Part shown: in pieces, positions 5,469 through 11,984 of the stretch | Position numbering within the stretch: the first letter of the stretch is position 1 | How the letters are laid out: each line of letters opens with the position of its first letter | From: an uncultured Clostridia bacterium | Lineage (GTDB): Bacteria > Acidobacteriota > Blastocatellia > Chloracidobacteriales > JADJPF01 | Assembly: GCA_964536575.1 (NCBI GenBank) | Contig: CAZHXL010000176.1 | Coordinates: 1 to 12,860, forward strand | DNA: 12,860 nt | Direction: 5' to 3' | Position numbers and translations under genes: made by a program | Notes under the pieces: model-generated | What the model was told of the DNA's origin: nothing | Database searches by the model: none | Seen by the model: only the letters and a program-made list of their open reading frames with translations

Positions 5469-7508
5469 ATGTCGTTGAAGAAAATGGTAGAAAAGGGATT
5501 AAGCGTAGTTGCCGGTAAAGCCTTTAATGGAATTCAAAAATTTAACCAATTTAGACCAAATGCATCATTTACCCCAAACTGGTCTGAAAAACCAATGTTA
5601 AAGTCCTGGCAAAAATCTAAACCTGTACTAGGGTGGCCACGAACAACAGATTCTCTTTGTCCCAAGTGCGTTATTGAAGCTCGTAATCAAATCATTAATG
5701 GTGAGAAAGATTACCGAATGCTTATCAATGAGCAAGTTGGAGAAGTAAAAGCCCAAATTGTTGAGCGTGATGGACAAGTTTGGATGGTAAAAGAATGCCA
5801 TATTCACGGTAAATGCGAAGATATAATGGCAATGGATACCAAGTTCCTTGAACACATTGAAAAAATGTTCCCAGGCCGCGACATTGCAGCACATAACGAC
5901 GAAAAACTACACAATCATGGTAGCAGTACAATTAAGCATGGTCGTGGTGCAGTATTAACTGTAGACCTTACAAATCGATGCAATATGATGTGTGATCCTT
6001 GCTTTATGGACGCAAACCAAGTGGGTTTTGTACATGAGCTAAATTTTGACGATATTAAAGAAGTCCTAGATAATGCAATGCAAATCAAACCACGTCGTCA
6101 AATGTCAGTTCAATTTTCGGGCGGCGAACCAACAATGTCACCCTATTTCTTTGATGCTATTCGTTATGCTAGAAAAGTTGGTTATAACAGTGTTCAAGCT
6201 GCCACTAACGGAATTGAATTTGCCAAAGATATGAACTATGCCAGAAAAGCCGCCGAAGCTGGCTTGCGCTATGTTTATCTTCAATTTGATGGTATTGGTA
6301 ATGATGCTAATAGCCATCGTCAGATTGGCAACCTCTTTGATGTTAAACTCAAAGCTATCAATAATATTCATGCTGCTGGTATTGAAATTGTTCTAGTCAC
6401 TACCCTAGTTAATGGTGTAAATAATGACCAAGTAGGTAGAATTATTGAGTTTGCATTACAAAACCCCAAAAAGATTGCTTTCTTGGCCTTCCAACCTGTT
6501 TCTTTTACAGGCCGTGACGAAGAAATTACCGATGAACGTCGTATGCGTCAACGTTACACTCTTTCTCATTTAGCTCATGATGTAAAAAACCAAATGAGTT
6601 TAACTGAGCCAACTCGTGATTGGTTTCCTCTTTCATTAATGAGTTCTTTTGCCGATTTTGCTGACCTATCCCACGGCCCTAAAGCTGAATGGGGACAAGT
6701 AAGCTGCGGTTGTCACCCAAATTGTGGTGTAGGAACAGCTTTAATGATCAACAAAGAAACAAAAGAAATGGCTCCTGTGCCTCAATTCTTAAATATCCCT
6801 GGCCTAGTCAAAGACATGACTCATATCACAGACGCTGCTCGCAGTAAATGGATGTCTAACCTTATGATGGGATTGGCTTTACTGAAAAACTACAACCCTT
6901 ATGGTGCTCCTAAGAGCTTTTCATTAGCAGCAATGTTTAAGAAATTTGACAAGTCATTTGGGTTAACTGGTAAAAGCTATGGTAAAGTTTCTGGCGATCG
7001 TAGTCGCGAAGATATCGAGAAACGTCGTAGTGATCCTTGGAACTTCCTCTTTGTTGCTGGTATGTGGTTTCAAGACTTGTTTAACTATGATTTCCGCCGT
7101 ACAGAAATGTGTATTATTCCTTACGGTACACAAGAGGGTGAAATTTCTTTCTGTGCTTATAACACTGGGGTTGGTTGGAGAAATATCATTGAAAATATGC
7201 ACCAAAACGCTACTGTAGGCAAATGGTATAAAGAATATGGAAAACACGAAGTCTATGCTAACAATAGAAATGTTAACTTAAATTCTTTTGAACATGGCTT
7301 AGTGGTTAATGATGAAGCGGCTAATGCGATACGTGATCGTGATAAAACCAAACCAATGAATGCTAGAGAAGAAGCTAGAATGATGAAAAAACTTTATCAA
7401 CAAAGCGTACTCAAGCAAGTTGGTCAACCAGAACAAACCGAAGGAAAACTCTTACAGCTTGGCATTAAACGCGCCAAAAAGAATGCTCCTACTAGTGTAG
7501 GCGATTAA
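5469..7508 (+). CDS. Large radical SAM enzyme with Tes / GDGT-MAS (MJ0619, COG1964)-like architecture: N-terminal Cys/His metal site, radical SAM core and a C-terminal auxiliary Cys cluster
   Basis: CPKC (C64, C67; nt 5658-5669) plus ECHIHGKC (C110, H111, H113, C116) precede CX3CX2C at C171/C175/C178 (TNRCNMMCDPCFM, nt 5979-6002). FSGGEPT SAM motif. Later cluster SCGCHPNCG (C413, C415, C419; starting nt 6705), C548, and ISFCAYNTG (C562). Lys/Glu-rich tail of about 100 aa. AAGGAG at 5451-5456 is 12 nt upstream of the ATG. The radical SAM call is firm. The Tes-like assignment rests on remembered family hallmarks only. Confidence 0.8.
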   Translation: MSLKKMVEKGLSVVAGKAFNGIQKFNQFRPNASFTPNWSEKPMLKSWQKSKPVLGWPRTTDSLCPKCVIEARNQIINGEKDYRMLINEQVGEVKAQIVERDGQVWMVKECHIHGKCEDIMAMDTKFLEHIEKMFPGRDIAAHNDEKLHNHGSSTIKHGRGAVLTVDLTNRCNMMCDPCFMDANQVGFVHELNFDDIKEVLDNAMQIKPRRQMSVQFSGGEPTMSPYFFDAIRYARKVGYNSVQAATNGIEFAKDMNYARKAAEAGLRYVYLQFDGIGNDANSHRQIGNLFDVKLKAINNIHAAGIEIVLVTTLVNGVNNDQVGRIIEFALQNPKKIAFLAFQPVSFTGRDEEITDERRMRQRYTLSHLAHDVKNQMSLTEPTRDWFPLSLMSSFADFADLSHGPKAEWGQVSCGCHPNCGVGTALMINKETKEMAPVPQFLNIPGLVKDMTHITDAARSKWMSNLMMGLALLKNYNPYGAPKSFSLAAMFKKFDKSFGLTGKSYGKVSGDRSREDIEKRRSDPWNFLFVAGMWFQDLFNYDFRRTEMCIIPYGTQEGEISFCAYNTGVGWRNIIENMHQNATVGKWYKEYGKHEVYANNRNVNLNSFEHGLVVNDEAANAIRDRDKTKPMNAREEARMMKKLYQQSVLKQVGQPEQTEGKLLQLGIKRAKKNAPTSVGD

Positions 7509-7531
7509 TTTTATAGAGCAAATCAAAATAT

Positions 7532-7572
7532 TTAACCCAGATTAACAAGTTTAATATGTTGATCTGGGTTAA
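7532..7572. terminator. Bidirectional intrinsic-terminator-like hairpin between convergent genes
   Basis: TTAACCCAGATTAACA (7532-7547) pairs with TGTTGATCTGGGTTAA (7557-7572). That gives 16 bp with one T:G position (7543:7561) and a 9-nt loop. On the plus strand it is followed by GTGTTTATAGATCTTTTG and on the minus strand by ATATTTTGATTTG. It sits between the stop at 7506-7508 (+) and the stop at 7612-7614 (-). Confidence 0.6.
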
Positions 7573-7611
7573 GTGTTTATAGATCTTTTGCAAAATATTC
7601 TTTAAGATTAA

Positions 7612-10203
7612 CTATCCCTTAGGGATGCTCTTGGCTGCTGGTGCATCCTTCATTGGTAAAGAATAACGTCGTATTCCATCAAACTTATAAAGTGCTCCTG
7701 CGACGGCGTCTGATGTTCGTACAAGGCCGATTTCCCCTACTCCTTTGGCACCAAATGGGCCTTGTGGGTCATATTCTTCAACAAAAATCAACTCACACTC
7801 TGGCATATCTTTAGCCCTAAGCAGTCCTAATGAGCGAATATTTGTATTAGGAAGCTTGCTGTCAACTACTTTAAGTTCTTCACTTAAGGCATAGCCCAGT
7901 CCCATATGAATAGAGCCTTCTATTTGACCTTCTAATAATTTTGGATTAAGCACTTTACCAACATCATGTGCTGCAACCACTTTTTTAAGCTTGCCTTTGT
8001 CATCCAAAATCACAACTTGAGTAGCAAAACCATAAGAAAAATGAGTGATTGTTTTTTCTACCTTAGCGTTTAGGGCGGTAGTGAAATCCACTACATGCTC
8101 ACCATAATATTCTTTTCCAATTAATTCTTCTAATGTGTGATTCTGTAAGTCTTCCTTAAGCTTTTGTGCAGCAATCCGAACAGCATTTCCACCAAGCGAA
8201 GTAGCCCTAGATGCTGTAGTCATACCGCAATAAAGCGGCTTAGATGTATCAACAACGGCTCGAACCCTACGAGGATCAACCCCTGTTTCTTCACATAAAC
8301 ACTGGATTAAAACTGTATAAAGCCCTTGTCCCATTTCAGTAAAACCTTGGTTAATGGTCACAGTCGCATCTTTTTCCACTACCAGTAAAACCCTACCATA
8401 TTCAGGCATTCCATTGCCAATACCAACATTTTTAATCCCACAAGCAATGCCTGCATATTTAGCATTTTGGTAGGCATCTTTAACTGCTAGTAGGGTTTTC
8501 TTAAGCCCTACGCTATGTTCAAACACTTGTCCTGTAGCAAAAGTGTCTCCAACATCAACAGCATTACGGTAGCGAATTTCCCAGCCATCCAAGCCAATTT
8601 TTTCTGCTAGCTGGTCTAAGGCGCCTTCTAGGGCAAAAGCCGCTTGGTTAGCACCAAAACCCCGCATTGCTCCACAAGGAGGGTTATTTGTGTAAACAGC
8701 TAAAGCCTCAACATCAACATTATCAACACGATAAGGGCCGCAAGAATGACCAGCAGCACGCTCTAACACTTTTGACCCTACTGAGGCATAAGCACCTTTA
8801 TCACCAATCATTTTAGCTTTTACTCCTAAAAGCCTTCCCTCATTATCACAACCAACCCAATATTCCATCTTGATTGGGTGACGTTTAGGATGCAAGCAAA
8901 TGCTTTCATCACGCGAAATTGTGATTTTTACTGGTCGATTGGTCATTAACGCGAGTAAAGCCGTTTGACCTTGAATGCTCAAATCCTCTTTACCACCAAA
9001 CGCTCCACCATTTGAAACTAGAGTGACTATAACTTTTTCTTCAGAAACATTTAGGAAAGATGCGATTTGACGACGATCATCAAACACCCCTTGACCTTGG
9101 CTATAGACATGCATTGCACCTTCGTCTTTAGGAACAGCAATACAGCTTTCTGGCTCAAGGAAAGCGTGTTCAATAAGTTGAGTTGACCAAGTATGATTAA
9201 CTACGTGAGGCGCGTTTTTCAAAGCTTCATCAGCATCACCACGTTTGATTAGCGATGTAGAAAGCAAGTTTCCTTTTTTATGAATTTTAGGTGCGTCAGA
9301 AGCAAGTGCCGCTTCGGGTGAGCTTACAGGCTGTAAAACTTCATAGCGAACATCTATTAGTTCTAATGCTTTACGGGCTAGTTTAGGTGTGGTAGCAGCA
9401 ACAGCAGCAATAACATCTCCAACAAAACGAGTTTCTTCACCCTCTGCCACAAATAGTGGCCAATCAGGATATATTAACCCTTGAAAGCGTTGTCCTGGAA
9501 CGTCTTTAGCCGTAGCAACCGCCATAACTCCATCAATGTCTAAGGCTCTAGCAGGGTCTACAGAAAGCACTTTAGCACGAGGGTGAGGAGAAAAAAGTAG
9601 TGCTCCATAAAGCATATCTGGCATTTTCATATCGTCAATATAAGGGCGATCCCCTAGTACAGCTTCACAGCCATCATAACGAGGTAGGCTTGTGCCAATC
9701 AGCCCAGAAAAATCTTGCTCTGGTAGTGGCTCTCCCTGCAAGGCTTTTGCTGCTAACTCAATAGAATCAATAATTTTAGTGTAACCAGTACAGCGACAAA
9801 TATGAGGGTTAAGTACGCCAGTAATTTCCTCTCTAGTAGGATTAGGTTTTTTATCTAGCATATTTTTTGCGCGTGCCACAATACCGGGAATACAAAAACC
9901 ACATTGCAACCCACCACCAAGCACAAAAGCTTTAGAGAAAATATCCCGCTCACGCTCGCTTACACCTTCTAAAGTAAGCACCGTTTTCCCTGCCACTTTT
10001 TCAGCGTTTACCACACAAGAAACCGTTGCACGATTATCAACAATCACAGTGCAGCATCCGCATTGACCTTGAGGGCTACAACCATTCTTAGGAGAAATTA
10101 GCCCAAACTCTTCTCGCAACAGGTCTAAAAGCGTAGTGTCATGGTCGATTTGGGCGTTAACCAAATTGCCATTAAGAGTAAATTCTACTGTTTTTATACT
10201 CAT
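7612..10203 (-). CDS. Molybdopterin-dependent hydroxylase of the xanthine dehydrogenase/aldehyde oxidoreductase family, with two [2Fe-2S] domains fused to the MoCo domain and no FAD domain (MOP/XdhD-like)
   Basis: N-terminal plant-type 2Fe-2S motif GCSPQGQCGCCTV...SC (C42, C48, C51, C63). Second cluster QCGFCIPG...CRCTGY (C101, C104, C136, C138). MoCo-domain signatures GGAFGGKE, AMRGFGANQ and the C-terminal GAKGVGEIG catalytic-Glu region. Strong AGGAGG about 9 nt upstream of the ATG at 10203-10201. Confidence 0.9.
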   Translation of the reverse strand: MSIKTVEFTLNGNLVNAQIDHDTTLLDLLREEFGLISPKNGCSPQGQCGCCTVIVDNRATVSCVVNAEKVAGKTVLTLEGVSERERDIFSKAFVLGGGLQCGFCIPGIVARAKNMLDKKPNPTREEITGVLNPHICRCTGYTKIIDSIELAAKALQGEPLPEQDFSGLIGTSLPRYDGCEAVLGDRPYIDDMKMPDMLYGALLFSPHPRAKVLSVDPARALDIDGVMAVATAKDVPGQRFQGLIYPDWPLFVAEGEETRFVGDVIAAVAATTPKLARKALELIDVRYEVLQPVSSPEAALASDAPKIHKKGNLLSTSLIKRGDADEALKNAPHVVNHTWSTQLIEHAFLEPESCIAVPKDEGAMHVYSQGQGVFDDRRQIASFLNVSEEKVIVTLVSNGGAFGGKEDLSIQGQTALLALMTNRPVKITISRDESICLHPKRHPIKMEYWVGCDNEGRLLGVKAKMIGDKGAYASVGSKVLERAAGHSCGPYRVDNVDVEALAVYTNNPPCGAMRGFGANQAAFALEGALDQLAEKIGLDGWEIRYRNAVDVGDTFATGQVFEHSVGLKKTLLAVKDAYQNAKYAGIACGIKNVGIGNGMPEYGRVLLVVEKDATVTINQGFTEMGQGLYTVLIQCLCEETGVDPRRVRAVVDTSKPLYCGMTTASRATSLGGNAVRIAAQKLKEDLQNHTLEELIGKEYYGEHVVDFTTALNAKVEKTITHFSYGFATQVVILDDKGKLKKVVAAHDVGKVLNPKLLEGQIEGSIHMGLGYALSEELKVVDSKLPNTNIRSLGLLRAKDMPECELIFVEEYDPQGPFGAKGVGEIGLVRTSDAVAGALYKFDGIRRYSLPMKDAPAAKSIPKG

Positions 10204-10277
10204 CTAATTTTTCCTCCTAAAATGTATGTGAAGAATAGGCAAACCTTGTAAGAGTAGACACATAGGTCTGCCCGCCC

Positions 10278-11885
10278 TTACATTACCACATGTTTTCGTA
10301 CAATTTTACCAGGAAATCTTCCCTGTTCTTGATTATGTTTAATTACTGCTACACCTTGAACTATTACATGCTCAATACCTGTCGGATACTGGCGAGGATT
10401 GCTAAAAGTAGCATTGTCAATCACTGTCGCAGGATTAAAGGCTACTAGGTTGGCAATGTAACCTTCTTTAACTAGACCATAGCCGGTTAAACCTAAGTTT
10501 TGTGCTGCTAAATGGCTGAGTTTATAAATAGCTTGCTCTAGATTTAATATACCTAAATCGCGTGTATAACGCCCTAAAATCCTAGGATAAGTCCCAAAAG
10601 CGCGTGGATGCGGTCTAGCACCTAGTAACCCATCAGTACAAGCATTAACATAGGGTAATTGCCAAATTCTTTGCACTACGTCTTCTGACTGACTAAAGGA
10701 AATCATTGAAACGCCCATTCGCTCTTCTAGAAGCAAGTCAAAGGCAAATTCTACTGGATCTTTTTCTCGCAGTTTAGCAGCATCAGCGACACTTAAACCC
10801 ACTATATCTTGGTTTTTTCCTGAAGGGATATCAGAAATAATAATGCCTTCTGGGCCTGACCATTTCCAAAAATTATCCCACTCTGCCCGATCAGCATTAA
10901 GAATTTGAGTACGCATTTTTTCTCTGTCTACAAGATTGGCTAGCCTCCTTAAAGTAGCCTCTATACCACCAGCATGTGTCCAAGGAGGCAAAATTGCTCC
11001 CATCATTGTAGATCCTGCTACGTAAGGATATTGATCAGCAGTAAACTTTAGCCCTTCAGCTTGTGCTTGGGTTATCCGACGCAAAACCTCGTCGACTTGT
11101 GCCCAATTTTCTTTTCCTGCTGCCTTAAAGTGAGAAATATGGACATGCACGCCACTACCACGAGCAATGTCTATCATTTCCTGGATGCCTTCAACTAAGT
11201 AGTCGCTTTCGCTACGAATATGAACAACTAAACGTCCATCTAATTCTGCAACTTTACGGCATAAATAAATTAATTCATCTGTGTTGCTATAACAGCACGG
11301 AGGGTAAATTAGTCCTGTAGAAAGCCCAAAAGCCCCTTCACGCATACCTGTTTCTAGTAACTTGGTCATTTCTTCGCGTTCAGTAAGGGTTGAGTCACGA
11401 TCCTCCATGCCCATTACCCAAAGCCTTAACGCACCATGTGGAATAAGATAAGAACAGTCTACACCAGGTTTTGCTTGTTCTAGGGCTAATAAATACTCAG
11501 CCACAGATTGCCATGGCCAAGGTCGCCCTAATGTACCAAGTAGCCCAGCAAGTTGCTTTCCTGATTGTTCTTTGTGTTCTTCTTTAACAGGAGCAACAGA
11601 AATTCCATCTTGGCCAAAAATTTCTAGGGTGATACCTTGACGAACTTTCATAAAAAGCGAAGGATCATTAAGCACTTTTAAGTCTGAGTGGCTATGGGTA
11701 TCAATAAATCCTGGTGCGACAACTAACCTTTGGCAATCAATCTCCTCAGTTGCTTTTAGCTTTCCTGTAGGAGCAATCGCAACTATTAGGTTATCAGACA
11801 CACCTACATCAGCAATAAAACGTTCTTGACCAGAACCATCTATTACAGTACCACCTCGCAAGACCAAGGTTAATTCTTTAGCCAT
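10278..11885 (-). CDS. Metal-dependent amidohydrolase, N-acyl-D-amino-acid deacylase (D-aminoacylase, Amidohydro_3)-like
   Basis: N-terminus LRGGTVIDGSG....DVGVSD..I.AI.........EIDC..LVVAPGFIDTHSHSD is the hallmark of the D-aminoacylase subgroup. The ORF track starts at a TTG (11891). I prefer the ATG at 11885-11883 because AAGGA (11897-11893) is then 7 nt upstream (6 nt if only the AGGA core is counted), whereas it abuts the TTG directly. Confidence 0.8.
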   Translation of the reverse strand: MAKELTLVLRGGTVIDGSGQERFIADVGVSDNLIVAIAPTGKLKATEEIDCQRLVVAPGFIDTHSHSDLKVLNDPSLFMKVRQGITLEIFGQDGISVAPVKEEHKEQSGKQLAGLLGTLGRPWPWQSVAEYLLALEQAKPGVDCSYLIPHGALRLWVMGMEDRDSTLTEREEMTKLLETGMREGAFGLSTGLIYPPCCYSNTDELIYLCRKVAELDGRLVVHIRSESDYLVEGIQEMIDIARGSGVHVHISHFKAAGKENWAQVDEVLRRITQAQAEGLKFTADQYPYVAGSTMMGAILPPWTHAGGIEATLRRLANLVDREKMRTQILNADRAEWDNFWKWSGPEGIIISDIPSGKNQDIVGLSVADAAKLREKDPVEFAFDLLLEERMGVSMISFSQSEDVVQRIWQLPYVNACTDGLLGARPHPRAFGTYPRILGRYTRDLGILNLEQAIYKLSHLAAQNLGLTGYGLVKEGYIANLVAFNPATVIDNATFSNPRQYPTGIEHVIVQGVAVIKHNQEQGRFPGKIVRKHVVM

Positions 11886-11912
11886 TTCCAATCCTTTTTA
11901 AAAGTTTTTGAC

Positions 11913-11976
11913 CTGGGAGCGCAGGCATCTTGCCTGCATTTTTTTAGATATGCGGACGAGACGTCCGCGCTCCCAG
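11913..11976. repeat. GC-rich composite palindromic (REP/MITE-like) element: an outer 8-10 bp stem enclosing two different 7-bp hairpins
   Basis: Outer arms are CTGGGAGC(GC) at 11913-11922 and (GC)GCTCCCAG at 11967-11976. Hairpin A is GCAGGCA-TCT-TGCCTGC (11921-11937). Hairpin B is GCGGACG-AGA-CGTCCGC (11952-11968). The A/T-rich linker is ATTTTTTTAGATAT. It lies in the 99-nt gap between stop 11985-11987 and start 11885 of two co-oriented minus-strand genes. Confidence 0.75.
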
Positions 11977-11984
11977 TCATTAAT

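Noticed and set aside
5628-5931. Two overlapping minus-strand ORFs (88 and 68 aa) inside the 5' part of the large radical SAM gene.
   Set aside because: Both are antisense to the conserved CPxC/CxHxxC region. Neither has motifs or an RBS.
6138-6371. 77-aa minus-strand ORF inside the large radical SAM gene.
   Set aside because: Antisense shadow ORF in AT-rich coding sequence.
6963-7247. 94-aa minus-strand ORF and 79-aa plus-strand alternative-frame ORF (6979-7218) inside the large radical SAM gene.
   Set aside because: Both overlap the FCAYN-containing conserved C-terminal region of the main frame. Neither has start-context or motif support.
10204-10277. Imperfect hairpin GGCAAACC / GGTCTGCC in the gap between the amidohydrolase and the Mo-hydroxylase.
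   Set aside because: It has 8 bp with one mismatch and a 21-nt loop, and no U-tract. That is too weak to call a terminator or attenuator.
10278-11885. Calling the amidohydrolase a dihydropyrimidinase/hydantoinase outright.
   Set aside because: The N-terminal metal-binding motif is GFIDTHSHSD, with the D-aminoacylase-type context, rather than the DHPase-type pattern I recall. I kept the call at family level only.
11886-11891. TTG at 11891 as the start of the amidohydrolase (ORF track start, MEMAKE...).
   Set aside because: The AAGGA Shine-Dalgarno (11897-11893) directly abuts this TTG, but sits 7 nt upstream of the ATG at 11885-11883. The ATG is therefore the more plausible start. This cannot be proven from sequence alone.
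11898-11939. 13-codon minus-strand ORF MQARCLRSQVKNF inside the palindromic element.
   Set aside because: It is a by-product of the GC-rich palindrome, with no SD. ORFs of this kind are a known annotation artefact of REP-like repeats.
11921-11945. Plus-strand intrinsic terminator (GCAGGCATCTTGCCTGC followed by ATTTTTTT) as an independent feature.
   Set aside because: No plus-strand gene ends upstream of it, and it is an integral arm of the composite palindromic element. I kept it as a possible antisense-transcription block within that finding rather than as a separate terminator call.
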